64,000 nt of DNA from a bacterium (GTDB lineage Bacteria > UBA8248). The notes beneath the pieces are model-generated. The model made no database searches. It saw only the letters and a program-made list of their open reading frames with translations, and had not been told where the DNA came from. A program made the translations under genes and the position numbers. Shown here piece after piece: positions 37,292 through 46,903 of the stretch; the first letter of the stretch is position 1; each line of letters begins with the position of its first letter. The stretch spans positions 1,312,001-1,376,000 of the forward strand of contig OZ241875.1 in the NCBI GenBank assembly GCA_965203325.1, given 5' to 3'.

Positions 37292-38332
37292 TTGAAGGCG
37301 ATGGTGTTGAGAGGACCTGGAGAACCCTTTGTCGAGGAAGAATATCCGGACCCCGTGGTGGGGCCGGGGGAAGCGGTCGCGAAGGTACTGGCCTGCGGCG
37401 CCGGGCTGACCATCCACCACGCCCGCATGGGCCGGGTGCCCGATGTGACCTATCCCCTCATCATCGGCCATGAGATCACCGCCGTCATCACCGCCCTGGG
37501 CGAAGGCGTGGAGGGCCTCCAGGAGGGCGACGCGGTGACCGCGCACTTCTACGTCACCTGCGGGAGGTGCAAGTGGTGCCTCATCAACCGCGAAACGCTG
37601 TGCGAGAACTTCACGGGCTACATCGGCCGCCAGGTGCAGGGCGCCTATGCGGAATACATCAAGCTGCCCGCGCGGAATTTCATCAAAATCCCCGCCGGGC
37701 TGGATTACGAGAACAACGCGGCGGAGGTCTCCGTCATCTGCGACGCGATAGCCACCCCGTATAAAGTAACGAAGCGCGCGCGCATCGCGCCGCTCGAGAA
37801 CGTGGCCGTCATCGGCGCGGGCGGCGGCGTGGGCATCCACATGGTGATGATGGCCAAGTGGGCGCACGCGAGGGTCATCGCCGTGGACGCCGCGGCGAAC
37901 AAGCTGGGCAAGTGCCGCGACGTGGGCGCGGACGAGGTCGTCGACGCATCCCAGGGAGACGTGGCGGGCGCGCTCATGGACTTGACGAACGGGGAGGGCG
38001 TGGACGTGGTGGTCGACTTCGTCTCCTCCGCTTCCACGATGGAAGCGGGCGTTCAGGCCCTGGGAACCGGCGGGCGCCTCGTAACCTTGGGCGGCACGGG
38101 GCAGTCGTTCCAGGCCGCGGCGCGCGACATGGTGACGAAAGAACTCGAACTCTTGGGCAGCCGATACTGTTCGAAACAGGAAATCAAGGAATCGCTCGAC
38201 CTGGTGGCGCGGGGCGACGTCTGGCCCGTGGTGACGGAGACCTATTCGTTCAACGCCGAAGAAGTGGAAAAAGTGCACGAACGGCTGGAAGTCGCGGCCG
38301 TCACGGGCCGCGCGGTCATCATGATGGATTAG
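37292..38332 (+). CDS. Zinc-dependent medium-chain alcohol dehydrogenase
   Basis: GAGGAGG RBS and TTG start; GHE, CGRCKWC..C structural Zn site, GAGGGVG. Confidence 0.9.
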   Translation: MKAMVLRGPGEPFVEEEYPDPVVGPGEAVAKVLACGAGLTIHHARMGRVPDVTYPLIIGHEITAVITALGEGVEGLQEGDAVTAHFYVTCGRCKWCLINRETLCENFTGYIGRQVQGAYAEYIKLPARNFIKIPAGLDYENNAAEVSVICDAIATPYKVTKRARIAPLENVAVIGAGGGVGIHMVMMAKWAHARVIAVDAAANKLGKCRDVGADEVVDASQGDVAGALMDLTNGEGVDVVVDFVSSASTMEAGVQALGTGGRLVTLGGTGQSFQAAARDMVTKELELLGSRYCSKQEIKESLDLVARGDVWPVVTETYSFNAEEVEKVHERLEVAAVTGRAVIMMD

Positions 38333-38350
38333 GCTGTAAGCGTCAGCGGG

Positions 38351-39112
38351 CTAGTTGGCGAGCTTCCACTGGCCGTCAGGCTGCCTGCAGGCGGTGCCGT
38401 AGGCGTTTTGCTTTTTGCCGTCTACGACGATCGTCTGCTGGAACTCCCGGCAGTACTGATCGAGTTCGTTTTTGAAGGCCGGCCTGGGAACGACGACGCC
38501 GCACACCCGCCTGTCGGGGTTGTCCCAAACGGTGCGCGTGCCGGAGCGCTGGTTCTCGAGCGCGTACTGCGTGGCGCTTGCGAGCCTGAGCCGCTCCGCT
38601 TCATCGAGGTCGCGACCGATCTGCCCGCCCACCACGCTGCCGAGAAGCACGCCCGCGAAGGTGGCCAGTCCGCGACCGCTTCCCTTGCCGACCTGATGGC
38701 CGATGACGCCGCCGCCGATCGCGCCGATGACCGAGCCGAGAACCTCGTTGTCGTTGTTCACATAATAGGCCGCGCAATCATCGCCCGTCGAATGATAGAC
38801 GTAACGCTCGCGCGGGTAGGGGCGATAAATGACGCGCGGGCCGGTCCAGACCGGATAGCCGTACCAGACGGGCGCGACGACGCTGGGGCCGAACCAGTAC
38901 CTGTGGCGAACGATCACACGGGGACGGCGATGATGACGATGATGGCGATGCCATTTGCGGTGCTGACGCGCTCTGTGGTGCCGGTGCGATTTATATTTAT
39001 GATGCCGCTTGATTCCGTGGCGCCTGCCTCGACGGTCATCCGCCGCCGCAGTATTGATCAGAAAAACAACCGCCAAAACGCTCAATGCAACGATGACCCC
39101 ATAGCGCTTCAT
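38351..39112 (-). CDS. Glycine-zipper surface antigen (17-kDa/RT0821-like) with His/Arg-rich N-terminal region
   Basis: Signal peptide; GAIGGGVIG..G.GSG glycine zipper; YCREFQQ...AYGTACRQPDGQW. Confidence 0.8.
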   Translation of the reverse strand: MKRYGVIVALSVLAVVFLINTAAADDRRGRRHGIKRHHKYKSHRHHRARQHRKWHRHHRHHRRPRVIVRHRYWFGPSVVAPVWYGYPVWTGPRVIYRPYPRERYVYHSTGDDCAAYYVNNDNEVLGSVIGAIGGGVIGHQVGKGSGRGLATFAGVLLGSVVGGQIGRDLDEAERLRLASATQYALENQRSGTRTVWDNPDRRVCGVVVPRPAFKNELDQYCREFQQTIVVDGKKQNAYGTACRQPDGQWKLAN

Positions 39113-39211
39113 CTGTCCGTCTCCCCTGTAACTTTACCCGTTTGCCGGGAAAAGACGTGAACCAGCGACTTGCCTATTATACTATTCGACGCTGCCGGGT
39201 TCCATCTCATC

Positions 39212-39224
39212 TAACTTGTTGATA
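39212..39224 (-). promoter_or_regulatory. Putative IHF-binding site
   Basis: Minus strand TATCAACAAGTTA matches WATCAANNNNTTR, in a divergent intergenic region. Confidence 0.4.
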
Positions 39225-39266
39225 TTTTGATGATTACCCTGTTTCACCCCAACGCGCCTCTCAGCG

Positions 39267-39314
39267 GCAGGGACAGGTCGCAACCTCGGACAGGCGCAGG
39301 GTCCTGTCCGCTAC
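39267..39314. repeat. Degenerate REP of the GGACAGG family
   Basis: GCAGGGACAGGTCGCAACCT followed by a CGGACAGG..CCTGTCCG hairpin and CTAC. Confidence 0.6.
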
Positions 39315-39480
39315 AGACGAACGCCAACCATTCTCACGTCAAACCCCATCCGGCCGTAGAGGCTTTTTCAACTGCTCTCCCCCAGCGAAGAAAACCCCCG
39401 CGAACTTTGAAGATTTTCGCCCCCGCCTGTAGAATCGCCTCCCGCGGAATCACACCACCATTCAGGAGGTTTCAGGTTTC

Positions 39481-39936
39481 ATGAGCGAAGGCGTCGCGTT
39501 CGAAAAATGGGAAGTCGGGAGCAAATTCACCACCCGGGGCAGGACCATCACCGAGACCGACGTGGTGAACTACGTCAACCTCGTTGGCTATACGGAAAGC
39601 CTGTTTCTCGACATGGAGTTTTTAAGGGAAAAGGGCCACGAAAGGCGCATGGCGCCCGCCCTGTTCACCTGCGGCATCGCTGATACCCTCATCGTCCAGA
39701 CGGGCGTTTTGCACGATTACGCGATCGCGCTTTTGGGCGTGGACGGCCTCGTCGCGCGCGCGCCGGTCTACGTGGGCGATACACTCACGGTGGAAGTCGA
39801 GACGACCGACGTTCGCCCCTCCAGGAGCAGGCCCGATCGCGGCGTCGTCGCGACGCACCAGAGGGTCCTCAACCAGAACGGCGAGGTGGTGCTCGAATAC
39901 GACGTGAAGCGCATGCTGCTCAGAAGCGACGCGTAA
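39481..39936 (+). CDS. MaoC-family dehydratase
   Basis: GRTITETD, PVYVGDTL, SRPDRGVV, NQNGEVV. Confidence 0.85.
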   Translation: MSEGVAFEKWEVGSKFTTRGRTITETDVVNYVNLVGYTESLFLDMEFLREKGHERRMAPALFTCGIADTLIVQTGVLHDYAIALLGVDGLVARAPVYVGDTLTVEVETTDVRPSRSRPDRGVVATHQRVLNQNGEVVLEYDVKRMLLRSDA

Positions 39937-39946
39937 GAAAAGCGCT

Positions 39947-40924
39947 CTACAAACCGAAAAACGCTTTCGCCGTGCCGCTCCAGATTCGCTCCGCGTCTTC
40001 CGCAGAAATATCCAGCGCGTCCATCATGTCGGCGTGGCGCTTCACGGGCACCCAGGGGGCGTCGCTCGCGAACATCATGCGCGATGCGCCCATCTCTTTG
40101 AGAGAAAATTCGAGCGCCGTCTGGGAGTGAACCACCGTGTCCGTGTAGAAGCGCGCGAAGTATTCGCTCGGGTCGCGTGTGATGAGGTCCTGATCCTCGC
40201 GGTAGCGCGAACTCAGGTTGTCCACCCGCCCGATGAACAGCGGAAGCGACGCGCCCCCGTGCGGCAGGAGCACCTTGAGATTCGGGTGGCGCTCCAGCAC
40301 GCCGCTCAGGATGAGCCGCAGCGCCGCCAGGCATTCATCGAACATGAAGCCTATCATCGGCCCCAGCCAGTGATCCTTATACTGCGGCCCCGATGGAGAA
40401 GGCCCCGGGTGCAGCACGAGCGGAACGCCGCGCTCCGCCAGAAGGCCCCACAAGGGCTCATGGGCCGCGTCGTCGATGTAGCGCCTGCCGCCGATGTAAG
40501 AGAACACCTGCAGGCCCACGAAACCGAGTTCGTCCACGCAGCGCTCGAGTTCGCGGCAGGTCGCGTCCATATCCCCGAAACCGAGCGACGCCAGCCCGCG
40601 GAAGCGCCCTGGATGAAGCGCCGCCGCCTCGGCGAGGCCGTCGTTCCCGATTCGCGCGAGTTCGTCCGCGTCCCCGGGGGTTTTGGCGAGGTCCGGGCCT
40701 GGAATGTTCATGCTGATTAGGGCAATATCGATTTCCTGCTCATCCATTTCGGCGAGCTTGATGGAGATGTCCAGCGCGGGAGAACGCATCGGGAGCTTTT
40801 CGTCCGGGCTCGCCCACGCCCACCAGAAATCCTCCGCTTTCTCGTAGTGCGGAAAATCGGAGCGGGCGGCGAGCGCTTTGACGTAGGCTTGTGGTACATG
40901 ATGGGTCTGAACATCGATGCGCAT
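39947..40924 (-). CDS. Amidohydrolase_2 family protein (ACMSD/decarboxylase-like)
   Basis: IDVQTH, LHP, PHGG, YTDT, FASDAP. Confidence 0.85.
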   Translation of the reverse strand: MRIDVQTHHVPQAYVKALAARSDFPHYEKAEDFWWAWASPDEKLPMRSPALDISIKLAEMDEQEIDIALISMNIPGPDLAKTPGDADELARIGNDGLAEAAALHPGRFRGLASLGFGDMDATCRELERCVDELGFVGLQVFSYIGGRRYIDDAAHEPLWGLLAERGVPLVLHPGPSPSGPQYKDHWLGPMIGFMFDECLAALRLILSGVLERHPNLKVLLPHGGASLPLFIGRVDNLSSRYREDQDLITRDPSEYFARFYTDTVVHSQTALEFSLKEMGASRMMFASDAPWVPVKRHADMMDALDISAEDAERIWSGTAKAFFGL

Positions 40925-41014
40925 GGAATTCTCCAGATATATGACGGGAACCTTGATATTGGACAGAGGGGATTATTCCCCCAGAATGAACCGGATGCAA
41001 ATTAAAGTGAGGAG

Positions 41015-42079
41015 ATGATTGTGAAAACGACAGGAGTAGCCGTCATCGGCGCGGGCGGCATCGGAACGCTCAGGGCGCATTCTTGCGCGCAAATCCCCCA
41101 GGTGGACTACCTCGCCGTGTGCGACATCGTGCCCGAGAAGCTCGACCGCCTCGCGGAGTCGGTTCGGGCCGACGTGGCGACTGAAGAATACGAGGTGGCG
41201 ATACGGGACGAGCGCGTGGGCGCCGTCATCGTCTCCTCGGACGAGGAGTACCACCACGGCCCGGCGGCCCTGGCGGCCGAACTCGGAAAGCCCGTGCTCA
41301 TCGAAAAGCCCTTCGTCCTCGATCTGGACGAGGCGGACGACATTCTAGCCAAGGCCGACGAATCGGGCGCCGAGATTTTCGTGGGCTACACCCAGCGCTA
41401 CAGGAGGCGCTTTCTGCTCGCGAAACAGGCGGCCTTCGCCGGACAGCTCGGCGACATCGTGATGGCGCTCGGCAAGATCTACGTCACCCGCGCCGTGGGC
41501 GAGGCGGTGGCGAGGCGCTCGCCCAACACCACGCCTTCCATCAACACCCTCACCTACATGGTCGACCTCATCCTCTGGTACATGGAGGGGAAAAAACCCG
41601 TCGAGGTCTACGCCCGCGCGGCGAGCTTCGTGTTCAAGAAATACAACCGCGACGATTTCCAGTGGATGATCGTCACCTTCGACGACGGGAGCGTGGCCAC
41701 GCTCGGCACGAGTTGGCTCCCGCCCCACCACTGGCCCGCCTATACGGCGACGATGGAGATCGACCTCCAAGGCACGAAAGGATCGCTGAACGTGGACGAC
41801 GCCCACCGCGACGTCATCCTCGCGCCTGAGGATCCGATTCCCTGCCCCTACACGCCCGAACACCAGGTGAACGTGGCTTTCCTCGGCTCCGCCATGCCGG
41901 GGGATTTCGTGATGGGCGAGTTCTTCGGCCCCATGAAGGAAGAAACCGACGCCTTCGTGCGCCACATATTGGGAATCGGAGGCGTGGGACTCGCCACGGG
42001 CGCGCACGCGAGAGAGGTGCTCGCCCTCACCATGGCGGCGGACCGTTCGTGCAAGGAGGGACAGCCCGTTACGCTTTAG
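41015..42079 (+). CDS. Gfo/Idh/MocA family oxidoreductase
   Basis: GAGGIG Rossmann motif, IEKP, VGYTQRY; true start may be GTG 41021. Confidence 0.85.
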   Translation: MIVKTTGVAVIGAGGIGTLRAHSCAQIPQVDYLAVCDIVPEKLDRLAESVRADVATEEYEVAIRDERVGAVIVSSDEEYHHGPAALAAELGKPVLIEKPFVLDLDEADDILAKADESGAEIFVGYTQRYRRRFLLAKQAAFAGQLGDIVMALGKIYVTRAVGEAVARRSPNTTPSINTLTYMVDLILWYMEGKKPVEVYARAASFVFKKYNRDDFQWMIVTFDDGSVATLGTSWLPPHHWPAYTATMEIDLQGTKGSLNVDDAHRDVILAPEDPIPCPYTPEHQVNVAFLGSAMPGDFVMGEFFGPMKEETDAFVRHILGIGGVGLATGAHAREVLALTMAADRSCKEGQPVTL

Positions 42080-42137
42080 GGCCCGGGTCGATAACGAATA
42101 GGTTTTCCTGGGTGGGTAGTTCTTGCCCGCATTCCCG

Positions 42138-43640
42138 CTAGCGCGGCATGAGGTTCCTGATCTGCGCCTCGAGCGGTTCGGTGGTGAGCCGCCGGTAGCC
42201 GAGGTGGCGGGAGAGGGAATCGCCGTCGTGGCGCTGGCCGTCGCGCCAGATTTCCGCCAGGAATCCGCCGCTCTTTTGATTGGCCCACCACTTTTTGCCG
42301 AACCTGGTCTTCAGGACTTCGGCCATCTGCGCCTGCAGCATCCACGCCCGAAGATAATTCGCGCAGTAGAAAAACGGGTCCACGTCGTCGAGATAGGAGA
42401 CGCCAGGGTATTCCACACCCGTCGCCGCGCTCAGCTTCTCCTTATAAGCGGCATCCTTGCCTTCCAGACCTGCGCCCTGATGGAGCGTCAACTCATAGTC
42501 GATTTTCGCCGCATAGCGCCTGAGCATATAGAGTTCGAAAAGCGCGTGATGCGCCAGAAACGCCGCGTAGTCCGACGCCTCCCCGCCCAGGGCGTCTTCC
42601 AGCCAGAGCGGTTCGAATAGAAGGTGATCGAAGAGCATGGCGAACCCCTCCGTCACGGAGTTGTCCCCCAGGCGCTTCCACTCGAAAGGCGCATCCGCCG
42701 CCACGCCCGCGAAATGAAGCGCGTGGCCGAGTTCGTGCCAGAACGCGCGGTAATCGTCATAACCGCCCCGGGGCCTGATGACGAGATAGACCTCATCCGG
42801 CACGTTCAAGGAAGCGCAAAACGCGCGGGGGCTCTTCAGCGGGCGGTCCTCGATGTCGAGGCGCACCCTGCCCTCCGCCGAGAGATCGAGGCCCATCGAC
42901 GCGCAAATCTCCCGCGCAGAAGTTTCGATCTTCTCCGCCGGGAAAAGAGCGTCATACTCCGCACCCCGAAAACAGTACTGCGCGTCGTGTCGCTGCGCGG
43001 ACGCCGGGGGAACCCCCGTCTGGCTCAGTTCCTCTCCCATCGCCTCGGCGTAAAGCGCTTCGGTGCGTTCGAGAAAGTGCTGCATCTCTTCACGAACAGG
43101 CTCAAGCGGGTAGCGTTTGAGCGCCGCCATCATCCCCAGGTAGCCATTGAACCCCAAATCATCGGCCATCTCGTGGGTCGTGCGATGAATTTGCTCCAGA
43201 AATTCGTTCTTATCCCCTAAGGCCTCACAGCGGGCGTTTTCCAGAAAACGCCGCTTCTCTCGGTCCGATTCGTTCAGGAGCGCGACGGCGCTTTGCCGGT
43301 AGGGGATGGATTCGCCCTCGGACGTTTTCACGGTGGTTTTGGTTTCGAAGAGAAGCGCCTGCTCGCTCAACTCCCTCGTCGCGTCGCGTATGTGGCCCAG
43401 GGTCAGAAACCCGCGCAACTCGGCCAATTTCAGGGCTTCGCCCGCATCTTCCTCCGGTCCGGCGAGGGAAGCGAACGCCTCGACGTTCTCGCGCGTGAAG
43501 AGATCGGCGTATTCGGCGAAAATCTCGCTTATGCGCACTTCTTCCTTGAGACCGGCGCCGACCTCGTACCACTCTTTTCGCGATTCGCCGAGAAAAGCCT
43601 CGGCGCGGGTCCTGATTTCCGATATTTCCATTGAATTCAT
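42138..43640 (-). CDS. Zinc metallopeptidase, M3-like
   Basis: KSPRAFC, HELGH zincin motif, downstream TEGFA. Confidence 0.7.
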   Translation of the reverse strand: MNSMEISEIRTRAEAFLGESRKEWYEVGAGLKEEVRISEIFAEYADLFTRENVEAFASLAGPEEDAGEALKLAELRGFLTLGHIRDATRELSEQALLFETKTTVKTSEGESIPYRQSAVALLNESDREKRRFLENARCEALGDKNEFLEQIHRTTHEMADDLGFNGYLGMMAALKRYPLEPVREEMQHFLERTEALYAEAMGEELSQTGVPPASAQRHDAQYCFRGAEYDALFPAEKIETSAREICASMGLDLSAEGRVRLDIEDRPLKSPRAFCASLNVPDEVYLVIRPRGGYDDYRAFWHELGHALHFAGVAADAPFEWKRLGDNSVTEGFAMLFDHLLFEPLWLEDALGGEASDYAAFLAHHALFELYMLRRYAAKIDYELTLHQGAGLEGKDAAYKEKLSAATGVEYPGVSYLDDVDPFFYCANYLRAWMLQAQMAEVLKTRFGKKWWANQKSGGFLAEIWRDGQRHDGDSLSRHLGYRRLTTEPLEAQIRNLMPR

Positions 43641-44866
43641 ATGACGGGCCGGGTGAACCCGCGCGGCAGGACGATGATGCCGGAAGGGTCGGAGACGGCG
43701 CCGGGGAAGGAATCGGCCCTTTCAATCGCCACCGAAGCGCCCGCTTCTATCTGGTTGAACCTGTCGACAATCGCTTTTTGCAGATGCGCCCCCGCCCCGA
43801 TGTGGGTGTGATCCATGACGATGGAATCGACGATCTCCGCCCCTTTTTCGATTACCACGCCGCGGCCGATGACGGAGCGCTCGATTCGCGCCCCCACAAT
43901 CTGGCATCCCTCTCCGATCAAGGCGTCTTCCACCTGCGTGGACACGATGCGGCTGCCCGGCCCCGGATAGGCGCTGGTGTGAATCGGCCAGTCGGGGTTG
44001 CTCAAGTCAAGGAGCGGCGTCTCCCCCAAAAGGTCCATCTGCGTCTCCCAGTAGCTCTTGATGGTGCCCACGTCGCGCCAGTAGCCCCTCTCCTCGGTGG
44101 GCCGAACCCCTGGAATCTCGTTTTTCATGAAATCGTAGGCGTAGAGTTTTTTACGCTCGCCGAGAAGAGCGGGGATGATCGTTCGCCCGAAGTCGTGCTC
44201 CCCCTCACGCGCCGCATCGCTGATGAGCGCATCCATCAGCACCTGGGAGGAAAACACGTAGTTTCCCATCGAGCACAGCGCGCGCGAGGGATCGCCCGGC
44301 ATGGGGCGGGGGCGGGCGGGCTTTTCGTCAAAACGCTCCACTCGTCCCTCCTCGTTCACGGCCAGCACGCCGAATTCCCGGGCGTCTTCGACCGGCGCTG
44401 GCAGGGCCGATATCGTCGCGTCCGCCCCGCTTTCGAGGTGAAAGCGAACCAACTGGCTCACGTCCATGCGGTAGATGTGGTCCGCCCCGAACACCAGCAC
44501 GATATCGGGCGCATTGTCGGTCACCAGGTTCCTGTTCTGATGGATGGAATCGGCCGTGCCCTTGAACCAGAACTCGCCTGCGCGCTGCTGGGGCGGAACG
44601 GCCGTCACGAAATTCTTGCCGAGCGTTCCGCTGATGTTCCACGAGCGCCTCAAATGCTCGATCAGCGATTGCGCCAGGTACTGCACCAGCACGTAGATGG
44701 ACTGATAGCCCGAGTTCACCAGGTTGCTCAGCACGAAGTCGATGATGCGGTATTTCGAACCGAACGGAACGGCCGGCTTGCCGCGCGCGACCGTGAGGGG
44801 GCGGAGCCTGTTTCCGGCGCCGCCCGCCATGACGAAAGATATGACTCTGGGATCACGCGAATCCAA
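43637..44866 (-). CDS. glgC: Glucose-1-phosphate adenylyltransferase
   Basis: AGG.G.RL.PLT..R.KPAVPFG, GTADS, DHIYRMD, SMGNYVF, YWRDVGT; GAGGAG RBS before TTG 44866. Confidence 0.95.
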   Translation of the reverse strand: MDSRDPRVISFVMAGGAGNRLRPLTVARGKPAVPFGSKYRIIDFVLSNLVNSGYQSIYVLVQYLAQSLIEHLRRSWNISGTLGKNFVTAVPPQQRAGEFWFKGTADSIHQNRNLVTDNAPDIVLVFGADHIYRMDVSQLVRFHLESGADATISALPAPVEDAREFGVLAVNEEGRVERFDEKPARPRPMPGDPSRALCSMGNYVFSSQVLMDALISDAAREGEHDFGRTIIPALLGERKKLYAYDFMKNEIPGVRPTEERGYWRDVGTIKSYWETQMDLLGETPLLDLSNPDWPIHTSAYPGPGSRIVSTQVEDALIGEGCQIVGARIERSVIGRGVVIEKGAEIVDSIVMDHTHIGAGAHLQKAIVDRFNQIEAGASVAIERADSFPGAVSDPSGIIVLPRGFTRPVI

Positions 44867-44892
44867 TATCCGGCTCCTCTGTTCGATTCGTC

Positions 44893-46353
44893 TCAACGCG
44901 GCTGCGGGCGCATCGCCTTTTCGTACAAATCGACGTAGCGCGGCGCGACGCCGTCCCAACCGGAGTCCTTCTCCATCGCGTTGCGCATCATCATACGCCA
45001 AAGGCCCTGATCCAAAAACACCCGGCAAATCCTCTCCATCCCGGTGAGGAAATCAGCCGGGGCGAACGCGTCGAAATGGAAGCCGGTGTCGACATCCGGG
45101 TCGGGCGTGGGCGATGAGGAAACGGAATCCGCCAATCCGCCGACCCGCCGCACGTAAGGCAGGGTTCCGTAGCGCATGGCGTACAGCTGGTTCAGGCCCG
45201 AAGGCTCATAGCGTGAGGGCATGAGCAGGACGTCGCCGCCTGCGTACATGCGGTGGGAGAGCGCCTCGTCATAGGCGGGCACGAAGGCCACCCGGCCCGG
45301 ATGGGTCGAAGCGGCCTCGGTGAGGCCATCTTCCAACGCCTCCTCGCCGGTTCCCAGAACGGCCAGGCTAACGCCCAGCCTCATCCATTCATCCATCGTT
45401 TCGAGGATCAGGTCGATTCCCTTCTGATGCGCCAGCCGCGAGACGACGACGCACAATGCCCCCCCCGCGCCTGCGTCCAGCCCCAGTTCCTCCAGAAGCG
45501 CCGCCTTGCACTTCGCCTTGCCCTCCGGGCGCGCGATCGAGAACGGAGCCGGAACGTGGGGGTCGGTCTCCGGGTTCCAGACCGCATCGTCGATGCCGTT
45601 CATGATGCCGAACAAAGAATCCCTTCTGAGAGCGACCACTCCTTCGAGCCCTTCTCCCTGCTCTTCCGTCAGCATCTCCTGCGCATAACGCTCGCTCACG
45701 GTGGAGACCGCGCCGCTGAACAGGATGCCGCCCTTCATGAAGTTGACGTCGCCGTGAAACTCAAGCCCCTCCATGCCCATCGCCTCATCGGGCAGACAAG
45801 TGTGCGCGAAATCATCCGGCTGGAACCGGCCCTGGTACGCCAGGTTGTGAACCGTGAAAACACTGGAGACCCCGCGCCATTTCGCATCGTCAGCGCGGCG
45901 ATACTGCAGCAAGGGCGGTATCAGGGCGCTTTGCCAGTCATGGCAGTGGATGATGAACGGATACGCTTTTTCGCTCTCCATGTGGGAGAGCGCGCCCCGG
46001 GCGAAACGGGCGAAGCGCTCCGCGTTGTCGGGAAACGCTCCGCGCGCATCTCCGTAGAATCCATCCCGATCGAACAGATCGTCAGCGGCGACGAGTCTGA
46101 CCGAAACCCCCTCGTGTTCGAGCGAGAAGACATCGTAGGGCGCTTCGGCAAAGACGTCTGCGACCTGCGCGGGAGAACCGGGGTCATATTCATTGAGAAC
46201 AGCACGGTACGCGGGCAGGTAGACGCAAACCCGGTGGCCCATCCTCGCCAGGGCCAAAGGCAGCGCGCCGATGACGTCGCCCAGCCCGCCAGATTTGGCG
46301 AAGGGAAACATCTCGCTCGCCACCATGGTGATCTCGATCGGTTTGTCCGTCAT
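44893..46353 (-). CDS. glgA: Glycogen synthase
   Basis: KSGGLGDV, HCHDWQ, HNLAYQG, QKGID, PSRYEP.GL.Q. Confidence 0.95.
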   Translation of the reverse strand: MTDKPIEITMVASEMFPFAKSGGLGDVIGALPLALARMGHRVCVYLPAYRAVLNEYDPGSPAQVADVFAEAPYDVFSLEHEGVSVRLVAADDLFDRDGFYGDARGAFPDNAERFARFARGALSHMESEKAYPFIIHCHDWQSALIPPLLQYRRADDAKWRGVSSVFTVHNLAYQGRFQPDDFAHTCLPDEAMGMEGLEFHGDVNFMKGGILFSGAVSTVSERYAQEMLTEEQGEGLEGVVALRRDSLFGIMNGIDDAVWNPETDPHVPAPFSIARPEGKAKCKAALLEELGLDAGAGGALCVVVSRLAHQKGIDLILETMDEWMRLGVSLAVLGTGEEALEDGLTEAASTHPGRVAFVPAYDEALSHRMYAGGDVLLMPSRYEPSGLNQLYAMRYGTLPYVRRVGGLADSVSSSPTPDPDVDTGFHFDAFAPADFLTGMERICRVFLDQGLWRMMMRNAMEKDSGWDGVAPRYVDLYEKAMRPQPR

Positions 46354-46495
46354 CCCGCCTATTCCAGGGTTTATGGGCTCCTCGCCCTGCCGCCTTACGC
46401 CCTCGACAATCCGAAGCATTCGGCAATCTATACATGAATCATATCGTGTATGTTACAATCGAATGAAGGGTTTATGAAAAAGGCGTGGAGGTTCC

Positions 46496-46903
46496 ATGCG
46501 TTATCTGGTGCGCGGAAAAGTCATCGAGGGCAAGAGCGCCGCCCTGCTCGAAGCCATCGAATCGGGCGAACTCGGGCGAGGCTCCATCGCGCACCGGACG
46601 TTTCTCAAGTGCATGAAAGAGGCGAGGCTCACCGAGAAAGGCCAGGTTCGCTGGCTTGAGGTCTGCTACTGCCGCGAGGCGTTCGGGCCGGGTTATGAGC
46701 TGTATGAGGAACTACCCTACTGGGAGGCGTATTTCGAGGAGATCGACGTGCGCTTCGCCCGCAAACTTGAAGATTGCGAAGGCTATCCCGTCTGCGGCGA
46801 TTGCGACTGCACGGAAAAGCTCGAGGCGAAACTCGAAAAACTGGGAATTCCCTTCTTCAAGCATCTGAAAGAAACCGCATCCTCCCCTGAAGCTTCAACT
46901 TGA
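46496..46903 (+). CDS. Hypothetical Cys-motif protein
   Basis: GGAGG RBS; EVCYC and C..YPVCGDCDC motifs. Confidence 0.65.
   Translation: MRYLVRGKVIEGKSAALLEAIESGELGRGSIAHRTFLKCMKEARLTEKGQVRWLEVCYCREAFGPGYELYEELPYWEAYFEEIDVRFARKLEDCEGYPVCGDCDCTEKLEAKLEKLGIPFFKHLKETASSPEAST

Noticed and set aside
40958..40990. Similarity between this region (TGGACAGAGGGG..CCCCCAGAAT) and the hrcA promoter spacer
   Set aside because: A short match dominated by generic -35/-10 elements, with no CIRCE; probably coincidental.
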